Positions 18,225 to 30,823 of a stretch of DNA of 41,641 bases are shown here, in pieces (position 1 is the first letter of the stretch; each line of letters opens with the position of its first letter). Position numbers and translations under genes: made by a program. The DNA is from Asterionella formosa (taxonomy: Eukaryota): the NCBI GenBank assembly GCA_002256025.1, contig NKIB01014660.1, forward strand, positions 1 through 41,641. Reading direction: 5' to 3'. The notes under the pieces were generated by a model, which was given only the letters and a program-made list of their open reading frames with translations, was not told the origin of the DNA and ran no database searches.

Positions 18225-19898
18225 ATGTCGATGCAAACTGTGCTTCGGAAGCGGCCTTTGTCCTCTCTCAGTTTCATTGGAAGTGCCTCAGTACTGGCTT
18301 ATGGCTTTTATCTTGAAAAGCAAGCTGATCGACGCGAAAACGCGTACAAAGGCGACGATGGTATGTTGGAAGCCCGTCACTTTGCCGTTTTCAACTTGTT
18401 CAGAAGTGGATACGATGGTGTGCTCGACACTCTTTTAAAGCTCACTCGATTCTGATATATGTTGACTACAGAAAATCCCTACAGTCTCCCCAGGGACTAC
18501 AATCGACAGAAGATGCAAGATTATTGGTCGAACCGGCCTGTTTCTGTTGCTACTCGACTCGCCGCTGTGACTATTGAAATGGGCCCTCGTCTTGGCGCTT
18601 ACCTCTGGGACTTCAAAGTACAGCATCCTCCTGTAAACCCCACAGCACTCCAACAACATCACGCCGAAAAACTCCGACAAGCTCTGACGCGTCTAGGACC
18701 GGCTTGGATCAAGGGAGGCCAACAATTGAGCATTCGACCCGACTTAGTTGCACCAGTAGTACTCAAGGAACTTCAGTTGCTCTGTGATGCAGTGGAACCG
18801 ATTCCAGATCATATGGCATTGCAAGTGATTCGAGAAGAGTTGGGAGTTGATAATCTGGAGGATATCTTTCAAGATTTGCACTTGGTTGCCTCGGCAAGTC
18901 TCGGGCAGGTCTATCAAGCCCGATTGAAGGAATCGAATCAGTTGGTGGCGATTAAAGTACAACGACCAGGAATGTTGCAATCATTTTCACTCGATTTGTA
19001 CCTCCTCCAGAAGTTCGGCGATATCCTGGATAGCCTCTTCACAACCTTTACAAAACAATCGGCTTATCATGAAGACTTGTATGATACTTTTGCCAGAGGA
19101 TCCTACGGGGAAATGGACTATGAGCGAGAAGCTGCTAATCAAATCATGTTCAAAACTGAATTTGCGAAACGAAAATGCAGAGTCAAGGTGCCTGAGGTAT
19201 ATTTGGATTTCACATCTCGGCGCGTGCTGACCACAGAATGGATTGAAGGCGTTAAATTGGCAGACGCGCCCAAGGATGTCATTCGAAAGCTTATCCCAGA
19301 TGGAGTCGAACTCTTTTTGACACAATTGTTGGACATTGGAACCTTTCATGCCGATCCACACCCCGGAAACTTGTACGTGACAGAAGGCATGTTGTGCTTG
19401 CTAGATTTCGGACTGTGTGCCGAAGTGAATGAAGGCGAGAGTAGGGCAATGACCAAGGCCATCGTGCACTTGCTTACTGGTGATTTTGACTCGCTGGTGG
19501 GCGTTGATGCCAAGGACTTGGGATTTTTACCCGAGGACCTGGACACTAGCGAGTTAAAACCCATTTTGATAAAGATTCTCACCACGGGTCTACTTGAATC
19601 GGGGAGCAATATTCACAATCGCAGGCGCAAACTGATGGATATTTCAAACGAATTGAATGATGTTTTCTTTCGTTATCCCTTTAGCGTACCCCCCTTCTTT
19701 GCATTGGTGACAAGAGGTTTGGGATTGTTGGAGGGCATTGCATTAACAGGAGATCCCGAGTTTGATATATTTCAAGCCAGTTTACCGTATGCTCGTCGTC
19801 GAGCAGCCAAAATTATGGGAGCGCATGGATTGAATCGAGCTTTGCGACGAAGTCTCACGCACAAGGCACAAGTTGCGCAAAACACTCAAGCAAGTTAA
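18225..19898 (+). CDS. ABC1/ADCK (aarF-domain) atypical kinase, 2 exons (18225-18360, 18472-19898)
   Basis: Intron 18361-18471 (GTATGT...TACAG, phase 1) joins the two ORFs in frame (...GDD-E-NPY). Motifs LGPAWIKGGQQLSIRPDL, ASASLGQVY, VAIKVQRP, FHADPHPGN and LLDFGL. Confidence 0.9.
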
Positions 19899-19929
19899 GA
19901 GTTCGTCCACTTAGTATCTTTGCAAAAAT

Positions 19930-21402
19930 CTATTTTCCAATTAAAGGCATTCGTATTAAAACAGGGCCTAGTGCTAGTGCAATACCTGTAGCGGTAGCAT
20001 ATCCCAATATTCCAACCAGTAAGGCCGGTAGCACCAATCGTTTCCATTCTTTCGCCTGTGCCATGGCAGCAGCAGTAGTAGGCCCTCCTACATTAGCATT
20101 CGAAGCCAGATATAGCTCCCTCGTTGGCAATCTCAGGATACCTTTTCCAATCGTCATGAGCACTCCAAAGTGCACCCCAATTTGAACCATGGAAAAGGCA
20201 AACAAACTGGGAGCCGACTGCAAAACCATTTTGATAGATCCAGCTGCTCCAGAACTGGCGAAAAACATTTGTATAAATAAAATACCAACAGCTGTTCCTG
20301 CCGAGCGAATGGTGGCGAAGAATTTGGGGAACATGGTGGCAGCAATGACGGTCAAAGTAGAAGTGATCGGAAGAGATGATGTGCCGGGAAATAAGGATCC
20401 CGCCACCATGCGACCGATGGTTTCCAAACAAGAGGCCACGGATATTGCGATTCCCAAAGAGGAAAGCGAGATATCACCTCTTTGACTGTTGACATCTTCT
20501 GGATCCGTCAGGTCCGTTTCCTTGACTTCACCTGCATCGTTGCCTTCTCCAGCCTTGGATATGTAAAAAAGAAATGCAAAGTACAAGGCCACAACAACAT
20601 TGTCGGCCGCAATGGCAGCCGAAACTGCCGTGCCTCCCACGTGCAATGTTTCAGCAACTGCGACAAAGTTAATGGCCCCTCCAATGTGACGAGCCATGAG
20701 TGCACATGCCACCCTCCATCCCACGTCGGGTCCCAATGCCGTGAGGGGCAGGAGAGCATAGGCGACCAGTGTTCCGCACACCGTTGCAAACGCACCCAAG
20801 AAAAAACACGCCAGAAGGGAGCCGGTATCGCTTACGACTCGTTTCAAGTCGGAATCAAAAAGCAACATGGGCACTGCGAGGGGGACCAGGAATCTGTTGA
20901 CCATGGCATCTGGTATATAAGAGGGAGGAAATCAGCAAAAAATGTTAGGCATTGCTACAGCAGGCAGCGTAAGGATGATCATTTTGCCGAAGCATTCATT
21001 ATACCCACATACTGGAGACACAAAGGGAACCAGACCCAGGTTCGCCACTGTCAATGCCAGAGCCATTGTGGCCAATGGTGCAGAGAGGGCCTTGCCGATG
21101 GTTGAACGTCGCTCCAATGAAACGCCAAAGATACTTAGCAGCAAAATGGCTGACAGAACGAATGATGGATCTCTATGCAAAATGGATTGCACGGTAGTCA
21201 GTGAGACGGGGATTGATCGAAGGGACGTCGATGATGATGATGCTGGCTGATGTCGAACAAGAGGTACCAACATTGTAGTGATGGGTCGGAAATATGGTGC
21301 TTTCGCAATCACTCTGTTGTTTGTTGGGAGCACAAAGCCCATCACAGGCCTCATCGTCGGAAATGAAAGCGTTACCATCAATGCCAATGGAAAGGACTTC
21401 AT
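19930..21402 (-). CDS. DUF819-family multi-pass membrane protein, probably plastid-targeted, 2 exons (21402-21009, 20909-19930)
   Basis: Intron 20910-21008 (GTGGGT...ACCAG) gives in-frame SPVYAMVNRFLVPLAVPMLLF. Family-typical HIGGAINFVAV, AAIAADN and ASNANVGGPTTAAAMA. Signal peptide followed by VMG-FVL. Confidence 0.85.
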
Positions 21403-21699
21403 GCTTTGTCTCTGTGTGGCTTCTGCGCTATCCAGAGGAAGTAAACAACCAACCTGAATACCGGTAGACCGGAAAAATGTGGACAATTTCCCCACCGATT
21501 TGAAATGCCGGGATTCTATTACCGGTAGTTGGTGCTGTGCAATAATGCCGAAAAAAGTTTAAGGATAGGAGTACGATCGGTATACTACTTATTATTACTT
21601 CTATATAATGATATTATTCAGTGGTACTGGTATTATAGTCTACCGGTACCGGTTTAATTCCATACCGGTAGACTATACCGTAGTCGAAAAGCTACAGTT

Positions 21700-23900
21700 A
21701 TACTCTGCGAAAAGCATTTGTCCAGAATGCTACTACCTGTATATTTACGATACATGAATTATTCTGATGACAATCTTAGTTTCACTCCTGTGTTTTCTAA
21801 AAGAGTGAGCTTAATCTAAATGTAGCTTTGAAATGTAGTTTCGATCAAAACATGGCGACTCCAACATGGTTCTGAAATGAATTGTTCTTTGTTCATTGGA
21901 GGCAGAGTTCTTCATTGTTCCTAGTAGTACTTGTGTAGCGAGGAACTAGCTACTCTCCAGACATCCTAGTACACTTCCCTTATATATAGATCTAGTTAGT
22001 TTGCAGCGCCATGCCGGCTTCCCTACTAAATATAGAGTAGTGATACGGCGCTTAATAAATGATGTTAAATGCATAGATCTATCTAGTAGTCTTGATAGAT
22101 TCAAGGTTCCTCCTTGAAGCAACATTCGCCTCTTTCAGGTAGCTAGTAGAGTTAGTACTAGCTCCAATAAACAGCTTCGAATGTTCCTCAATCCCTTGAA
22201 AATAACTGGCTGATTAGTCTCTCCAAATCGCTCTCTGTTTAAGGTTAGGTGAACCTGTTTGATAAACATAGGTGAAATCTTTCAAGCCATGTCTAAGATT
22301 TACCATCTGTAAACTCTCTTTCCTAATACTACATGGAGGCCCAAGTTCACCCTTCAACATGACTGTTCTTTAAAAAATGATGAAGGTTAAAAGTCTCTCT
22401 TGGTAAATTATTGTTCATTGTTCCATCAAACACAATGATGCTTATTAAGCTACTATTTTCACACCATTGACGAGAGCTGCCTGCTACAAGCTGATTAGTA
22501 GGAATCAGAAATCAAGAAATTTTCTGTGTTTCAACTGTATTAGCCAGCCAGCAAAATTATTTCTAATACAGTATGTGGCGTTTTCTGAATGTCCACAAGC
22601 AATATGTATACACATACACGTGTAGTTTCATACAGCAGCTCCATGCATATGTGTAGTCAACAAAATGTGATCAAATTTGGGATACATAGTACAAGTACCA
22701 GGGTAGCATGCTGCATGCAATACTGATTGTATAATAGTAGCTACTCTGAGTAGCACATTCTACCTAGTACTACAAGCAATTACTGGAATTCCAGAAAAAT
22801 AGACTACCTAGTGCACAAAGCAAGTAAAATGGAGTTGTACAGATAGCCAGTACGTTCTCCTAGAAATAAACTGCATGTATAGAAGAAGGGTGGCTGGAGT
22901 GCCAAGCTAGTAGGGATAAAGTGTATGTATCATATGTACTGGTAGTATATGGTTTTTATCAAATAGCTAGATGGATCATGCAAGAAATTGAATATTGAAT
23001 GAGCATTTTAGACTTGTGCTTCTTCCCAGAAACCTGGCGGTTTGATCAAACTCATCTTTCTATTGGTGCTCAAACCAATGCATCTCCTCGTCCCTCCTCC
23101 AAGAAATAATTCGAATTCGATTTTACTTCCCAATGATCTTCCATATTGCTTGAAGCATTCGAAACATGTCAAAGTCTTGAAATTGATATCTTCGCTCCAA
23201 AAATGGATATGCAGCAGCTTAGCACTCTTTCAAACCGGCAGGAAACACTTCGGCAGATGTTTTCAACAAGATTAAATTCGCAATTTTCTTTTTCGTTCCA
23301 TCATCATACAGGCAGCATGGAGCGAAATTGGACCTACTAGATTCCATGATGTGATAGTATGATCAACAATCAAAGTTTTTTGCTTGAACGAACTGCAAAT
23401 AATTACTATCTTATAATCACAAAATTAAATCATCAGTCTAGTACTAATTGTATGTAATATTTAGCCCATGTAGTATGTGAGTGGTAATTCCTTGACACTC
23501 TCAGAACCTGTGCAAGGCAATCCAACCTCTACTTTACTCTGCACAAAGCAAAGTATCAAAAGTAAGCAGTAATTTTTAAGATTATTTTCTGGACCTAAAA
23601 TTCCAAGAACTACTTTGGCTGCTTGTAGTCGAACCGTGCTTGTGTGCACGATGAAAACAATTCTTACTATCTTGCAAAATGGCAGCAATCATTGGATCAT
23701 TATTAAATTGTTATCATGAATGATGACGATTGCTACTTGATATGCAGGAAGGGTCCATTTGTTTCCCTGAACCGTCTTTTAGCAAATAGCCCTCTCAAAA
23801 CCTTCTATCTGTCTGTATGTCCGCTTACACACCTACTCTCTGCCAGCTGGAATGTGGCGATTACTTGGTACCATTAAGAATGTCAACCTACTGCTGGCTA
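21700..23900. other. Gene-free, CpG-poor decayed region (probable old transposon or pseudogene relic)
   Basis: No credible long ORF. CpG is visibly scarce compared with the flanking genes, and CTAG/TAG/TAA are frequent. Short protein-like stretches are interrupted by stops. The family is not recognisable. Confidence 0.35.
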
Positions 23901-24125
23901 CGGTAACTTACAATCATAAATACCAAATTTTAAATCCATGTACCGGCATATATACCCTTATACGATCGAATTATATTCGACGATATTATATATCCCTCTA
24001 TATCATGAATAGAAATAAATGTTAGCAAATCATGAATAAAATTGACACTCAATCCTCACCACCATCTTTTGACGCACATGATCAACTGACGATACATCGC
24101 AAGAAGCGAACGGAAACCCATCACC

Positions 24126-25128
24126 ATGAAGTCCAATTACAGGACAAACTCACTTTCGCTATTGATTGTGTCAGCTTGCTTGTTTACATCCCATGTATCT
24201 GCTTTCTCGACACCAAAAGCGTCGATACGACAATCCCCAGTTTTTGGCGTATCACATCGTCCTCCAATCAAAGTCCAACTCTTTGCTAAAGATAGACTGA
24301 CGGGGCTTGAAAAGGAGCGCCATCAGAGAATGCCTCTATTGATTAATTTTCTCTCTAGAATGTCACAGAAAAATCCCATGAAGAACCGCTTTTCCAACCT
24401 TTTAGCCAAGTTTCGTCGGGCCGTAGCTCTCATTTGCTTCTCAGCCATGTTGTGGTTTGGATCTGACGCTGTTCCGCCCGCGAATGCGGCAACAACAACA
24501 GCTTCTATTCAACGAGTTCTTCCATCAGCGACGCTGGATCAAATGGTGGAACGATATGTCAAAGATCATATGTTTGATGACGATGTGTACGATCCCCTGG
24601 AGTCGGCCTACAGAGAGGCCTATGATGATGCCACGGTGAGTCAATTCCCCAAAGCCTTGAAGGAAATTACCACGACTGTGATGGGAAAAGAAAAGACAAG
24701 TAAGGAACACAATACTGTAGTGACTACAGTGCTTCACATGTCACAGGGTTTGCAAAAGATGGGACTTAGCCAGGGAACAGCCGTTGCAGCAATAGCCGCT
24801 AGCACAATCATTGGCGTTCCTCTTGCCGTGACCATCCTATTTTCAGCTTATACTTCCTTTAGCCAGAGCAGATTGCAGGTATTTATGAAGAGTCGATACG
24901 GAGATGATTATTCAGTAGATGCTGCTGTCAAGAATGTAGAGGATGTGGAAGCTCCACCTGATGAAGATGATGAGGACGACGAAGATGACGGTAAGTGCAC
25001 TGTTTATATCGCACTTGGATTCCTTGCAAATTCGGGCTGATGCATTCTCTAGCTCATACTTTTGAATTCTTGTAGACGACGATGATGATGATGACGACGA
25101 TGATGATGATGATGGGAAGAAGAAATAA
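24126..25128 (+). CDS. Uncharacterised plastid protein with putative thylakoid (twin-arginine) signal, TM helix and poly-Asp tail, 2 exons (24126-24990, 25076-25128)
   Basis: Signal peptide plus VSA-FST. Later KFRRAVALICFSAMLWFG...PPANA. Hydrophobic AVAAIAASTIIGVPLAVTILFSAY. Intron 24991-25075 (GTAAGT...TGTAG) leads in frame to D13-GKKK-stop. Confidence 0.75.
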
Positions 25129-25269
25129 GTTCCTAATTATCTCTCCATCCCAACAGAGATAGAACTATTAATTAATTTCCAAGATCCTAGACTTGTCAAC
25201 CCAATATCTAGCGAATCATTGCAGTAGACATCAACAAACAAAATTTTATCAGTTATTCATATTTTGTCC

Positions 25270-26485
25270 TTATAGTTCTGCAAGTTCTTTAAGATTCTTC
25301 ATAATCTCATCAACTTCTGCTTGACTATTCTTAGTGTATCCCCCTTCCGTCATGAATGGACCAGCAATATGCTTCTTTTGTAATTTGCGATCCAAATAGA
25401 ACGCTCCATTTGTCAAATTGTTCTTGTCCGTCGACATTAGCCAACAGAACCCTTCCGCTCCTTGCCATGTCGATCGCATCGGTTCTAAATATTTTTTATT
25501 TTCTCCAAAAGCTTCATCCACGGCATTTGTTGCCGCCCATCCAGGATGACATGTCACGAATGTCACATCGGGGATCTCCTTGGCCCATTGTTCGGCCAAC
25601 AACACTTGCCCTCGTTTGGCATAGGAGTAGGCATTGGTACCGTCGTACTTGCCGTTATTCGTACTCGTTGCGGTGGCCCAATCGGGGAATTTGGTAATTA
25701 ACATGCCGCCAGATGTCACAAAGATGACTCTAGATTGGTCGGATTTTTTGAGTTGGGGCATGAGCAAATGAGGAAGAAGATACGATCCACCCAGCAAGTG
25801 TGATGCAAAGGTGACTTCAATGCCTTGACTATTTTCAGTTTTCTCATTCAGCAAGACACCGGCATTGCACACAATGCAATCCACCTTGTCTTCCTTTGAT
25901 TGCAACTCTGCTACCGCCTTTCTTATTTGCGATAGTTCCGTGACATCCACCAATAAAATATGGACATTGGGATTGTCTGTTTTTTGCTGAATGTCGGCCT
26001 TGGCCTCTTCGGCTCGTCCTTGGGAACGACAGAGCATGTAGAGCGTCGCGCCCTTGGCAGCGGCGTAGGTGGCCATTTCCTTGCCAATCCCCGAGTTGGC
26101 TCCAGTAATAACTACCACCTTGCCCTCCATGGTAACACCATCATTTCCTTCGGCGCCCTTTTTAATGTCGGCGGAAGTTTGGACCGGTTCCTTGTACGCC
26201 TTAATGTGCTTTTCATAGCCAGTTCTTTAAGACATTAGAAAGGAGCGAGTGATTATTGACGAGTTAGAACGGGTCACGCATAAGAAGTGTTGGAGAACGA
26301 TAGGAACACACAGTATACATTACGCACTTGGTAAAATTCTTTCGTCCATAGAAATACCATTGTGAAGTTGAAAGTGTAGCTCCCATGATTCGTTTGGCGG
26401 ATGAGAGCAAATTAAGAGATGAAGTGGAATGGAGAATGGCAAAAATGAAGAGAATCAAGGCACGTGAGATGTTGTTGAATTGCAT
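25270..26485 (-). CDS. Short-chain dehydrogenase/reductase, DHRS12-like, 2 exons (26485-26328, 26224-25270)
   Basis: Intron 26225-26327 (GTGCGT...TAAAG) gives YGRKNFTKTGYEKH. SDR motifs TGANSGIG, CNAG, VTSGG, YSYAK (YxxxK) and HPGWA. Confidence 0.88.
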
Positions 26486-27477
26486 TTATATGTGAATGTT
26501 CAGGTCGAAATTATTCTACTTTTTGCAACGACCCTTGAGATGATCGATGGAACACTTCGCTTCTTGGCCATACTCATGTCACCTTTCTCACACGACCAGG
26601 AGAACATGAGGGAACAAATACATACCACATGTACTGGAGCTGGTACCTGGTACCAGGTACATATCTGGCACTCACCACGATTTTATTGCTGTGTCATTCA
26701 TCATCTCTCGTGGTCATGAAGATTCATGTCGTCAGAGGCATACCGGTACTATACAGCGTGTACACGTACATGGACTTTACAGTATATGTAAATCTACATC
26801 GAGGTATCATACTGGGATCTCCTAGACCACGTTATGGTGGTACTGGTACTGGTACCAGGAGCACCGCATATACCGGTATGTACCACAGTCGTTTGCAATT
26901 CTGTACATCCATACCAATAGTATGAAATGCATACCAAGATTGACTCAAACGGAGGATAGTACCTGGTACCGGTACAGTAGCGAACAATTATACCGGTATC
27001 TCAAAATGACTACCGGTACTTGCTGACAAAATGTCGTCGCTGCACCACAGACCATTGCACCACCATAGACGGTATTGGTACCCCTGGTACCAGGTAGTAA
27101 TAACTGAAAATGCCGGTATACGGTGAGAAACTAATACATACTGTCTGTAGAATGCCACTATTTATGACTCTCGTCTTACCCGAACGCTGATAAATACTAC
27201 CTGTAGAATACCAGTATATTCATATACCTCAACCAGCACGATAAGTACATACATAGCGTATCCATTGGAGTTCTGATAGCTTCAACCACAAGTACAGTAC
27301 CGTTTCAGTGGTACCAGGGTAGTTTCGTGAGCACACATGTTGTCAAAAACACAGAACACTGACCATAATCAGTATGCAATATCAGGGAGTGGTATGAAAC
27401 CAAAATCACTGTATTTGTGATACCGGTATTCATATGATTTGATGAACTGATACAGCCGTCGAGCAATCAAGACCAGC

Positions 27478-28335
27478 ATGCACGTATCATTGACGATCCT
27501 CCTATCAATCACACTCGTAAACAGCGGTGTTGATGCGTTTGCTGCCTCGCGATCACCGTTCCTATCCGTCCCTACGTCCCTCTATTCTTCATCGAATTCA
27601 ATTATTTCCATTGCCTTGACTCGAGAAGAGGGCAAGAATGACAAACTCAGAACCGAGCTAGAGGCAAGAGTTGGAATACAAACCATACTCCACGAATTGC
27701 CCTGTATTGCACATGCGGAAGGTTCTGATTATAATACTCTTTCCTCCGTGCTCTCGGAACAACCCTGGGATTATGTTGCCGTCACTTCACCCGAAGCTGC
27801 CAAGGTCTTGTCGACAGCGTGGAAGGGAGGGGCGGACGTGGTGGCTGTCGGGAAGGCCACCCAAGCCGCATTGGAAGAATTCGGTATTCCGGTTGCCTTT
27901 TGTCCATCCAAGGCTACTGCGGAGACACTTGTTCGGGAACTTGCTGCGAAGCAAGGAGTCACTACAGTGTTGTACCCAGCGTCAGCCAAGGCTGCCATGA
28001 CACTCCAAGACGGTCTCGAGGCGCGGGGATTTTCTGTCACACGATTAAATACATATGATACTGTCACTGCCACTTGGTCGACAGAGGAACAAGCCATGGC
28101 ATCCACTACACAAATTGTGTGCTTCGGCAGTCCGTCGGCTGTCGAAGGATGGCTCGCAAATACTAACAACAAGAAGGACATACTAGCTGCTTGTATTGGA
28201 GAAACTTCTGCTGAGGCGTGCCGGAAGTTTAACTTTTCCGAAGGCCAGATTTTCTTCCCTGACAAGCCCGGTATTCCAGGTTGGACAACAGCTGTCTTGG
28301 AAGCCATGGAGAGTTTAAAGGTGGCTCATTCATGA
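27478..28335 (+). CDS. hemD: Uroporphyrinogen-III synthase, plastid-targeted
   Basis: Signal peptide plus VDA-FAA. Motifs IALTREEGKN, ELPCI, VTSPEAA, AVGKAT, VLYPAS, RLNTYDT, FGSPSAV and ACIGETSA. Confidence 0.92.
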   Translation: MHVSLTILLSITLVNSGVDAFAASRSPFLSVPTSLYSSSNSIISIALTREEGKNDKLRTELEARVGIQTILHELPCIAHAEGSDYNTLSSVLSEQPWDYVAVTSPEAAKVLSTAWKGGADVVAVGKATQAALEEFGIPVAFCPSKATAETLVRELAAKQGVTTVLYPASAKAAMTLQDGLEARGFSVTRLNTYDTVTATWSTEEQAMASTTQIVCFGSPSAVEGWLANTNNKKDILAACIGETSAEACRKFNFSEGQIFFPDKPGIPGWTTAVLEAMESLKVAHS

Positions 28336-28565
28336 CGTCAATTCGATTCAACTAGCTGAACTTGAAATATAGACACAATTGATAAGAATTTTTTGGATGA
28401 CTAGAATGTGCGAATTCTGGAGCGAATTCGTCGGTGTTGTCGTCTATCGTATCCGCCATTGAATATCATTTTACACGTTTCAAAACGAGAACAAAATTAT
28501 CTCATGCAGCATTTATGCCTTGATTCAATTGTATTCTATTACAGAATCATTGAACGTCAAGTCTT

Positions 28566-29136
28566 TTACTCGTCATCATCGTCGTCCTCGTCTTTCGAGA
28601 AAAATCGAGTGTCGCCAAAAATTAGACAAGTATTTCAGACAACATTTACATGCCGCAACACACCACTATACCATATACAATAAACATACCTTCTCCTTCT
28701 TCTTCATCATCATCTTCGTCGTCTTCGCCTGGACGTGTGCTCTTTTCATAAAATCCATCCCACTGCGATTCCATTGCATGTTCATCCTCGCCGTGGTTCG
28801 GAGGGGCCCAGGGATCGTCGGCATGTTCCCACGGAAGGCGGTATCCCAAAACAACAGGTCCATCGACACGAGCTCGGTGTAAGATCCACAGCCAGCAAAT
28901 AACCCCCATGGCCTCACCTGCAAACGTATGAATGGGGGATATATAATAGGGTGGATGCCTATGTAGCATGAAGAAAATGAGCATCAACATCAAGTGCGAG
29001 AAAAATAGCTAACATGGAGTCACACTGTGTATTCTTACCCGTGACCTCCCATGTTGCGACGAGATTCTTGGAATGGCCTTCGGCTCGCTTGTACGGCTCT
29101 TGATCGAAGAGATGAAACTGCTCGAGACAACATCAT
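28566..29136 (-). CDS. NDUFB2: NADH dehydrogenase (ubiquinone) 1 beta subcomplex subunit 2 (AGGG), 3 exons (29136-29039, 28958-28690, 28591-28566)
   Basis: Arg/Ser-rich mitochondrial presequence then MGGHG. Core HTFAGEAMGVICWLWILHRARVDGPVVLGYRLPWEH resembles plant/algal NDUFB2. Introns 28959-29038 (GTAAG...CATAG) and 28592-28689 (GTATGT...GAAAG) both restore frame. Confidence 0.82.
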
Positions 29137-29680
29137 GAAGGAGGAGATGGAAGAATCGGAACAATGATGACTAAAAGTACGCTGGGCTGTGAAAGTTTGG
29201 GCTGATACCGGTACATATTGCGGCGAATGATTATCCGGAATACCGGTACCTACCAGGTACCCCTGGTACCAGCAACTGGAACCAGGGTACAGTATGTATG
29301 AAACAGCTATCATACATACCGGTAGATAGATATTAGCTACCCGGTATTCTGTACATATATTTCATATGAAAAATACGATGTGCACACAACAAGTCGGACT
29401 CTGCTGATTTCGTTGCCTTGTGTCACCTGGAAGGCACACTAGCGCAGTTTCGATGCACTCCCAATGGATCGTCTCATGCCTGCCACACAAGATAGGCCAG
29501 CTTTCGATGAAAACAATATTCCTTTAGTAATTTAGGAAGACGTTACAGTTATTGACCGATGACAATATTTAGAGTGAGCCTCTGAACACAAGAACTCGGA
29601 TTTGCTGACTGACAAATGGGTCCAGCAATCTGCCTTCTAGCTATGGAAGTCAAATACTAGGAATCTTAACTTTCTACATT

Positions 29681-29853
29681 TAGAACTTGCTGACAATGAT
29701 TAGAATTTGCTGACAATGACTAGGATTTGCTGACAATGATTAAAACTTGCTGATAATTACTAGAACTTGCCGACAGTGACTAGAATATGCTGACTACAAC
29801 AACTAGAACTTGCTGACAGCAACTAGAATTAGCTGAAAATAACTTGAACTTGC
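29681..29853 (+). repeat. Tandem array of ~20-bp unit TAGAA(C/T)TTGCTGACAATGA(C/T), about 8-9 degenerate copies
   Basis: Units recur every 20 nt from 29681, with one 3-nt slip near 29800. Confidence 0.9.
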
Positions 29854-30823
29854 AAATAAGAATAGATTTTCTGAATGACGCTATGCCTATGAAGTAAATA
29901 CATGAACGAACATGCCACTACCCTCTGATTGCCTTGCCAATACTACATATAAGCATATCAAACATCATATCTATATACATGGTCACAGTCATTATCACGC
30001 CAGATGCCACAGCCTAACGGGGTACCGCTATACTATTTGCAATATCATATATTTATCACACATCACATATGTACTACTATGGCTACACAGGATACCAGTA
30101 TATACTTTCAGGGTAGCTACCTGGTGAAGTATCTAACTAGAAGTAGTAGTATTTGTTGAATATATGAGTTTATTAGTTAATCCCTGTGTGCAACTCGTTC
30201 TCTAAGTCTACACCAAAGTATACAATAAGGGTTAGTTGAGTTCTCTCATTATTGAGTTCGGATGTATATGATGTAACACTAACCCTATGTACATCTGTAT
30301 TGATGTGCAAGATCGCTCACCTGGTACCCAACAAGGTAGCCCATATAGAAGCTAGTTTATAATTAGCTCATATGTTGCGATTTATTTCTGTATATAAAAC
30401 GCTAGAGTGTAGTTCTTGTGCGCGGCTGGAGAATCCTGTATTATGCCATCTCGTCCGCCTTGATCATGTTGAAAACAACGAATTTTTCCATGGAAAATAA
30501 AAACGCCGCTATGCTATCTGGTAAATATATCTAATACAACATAGATAATACAATCATAAAAAAATAATTGTAATAAAACTAATATTGACAACGAAAATTA
30601 AAGTCGCTGATGGCGCATTGCTTCACGTAGTTTAGATGATCCACAATTCAAAACGACGAAGTTACGAGCAGATTTGACACTTTTACAGTATGCAGCATGC
30701 TACACTACGGTAATCTGTAGGTTTGTTTGATTCTCTATTTAAGGAATTGTCGATTAATAGTCCATTGACATTTTCAAAATGACCCCTTTTTTATGATTGC
30801 TGATCCAGCTGGTGACTACATGT

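Noticed and set aside
26560..27470. Short ORFs in the DHRS12-hemD intergenic region
   Set aside because: Translations are dominated by the GGTACC/TACCGGTA motif (WYQV, GTGT, YLVPG) and show no protein-family features.
29938..29952. CTACCCTCTGATTG as the missing left TIR of the mariner
   Set aside because: Only a short partial match to CTCCCTCTGTCC, with no continuation into the 30-bp TIR consensus.
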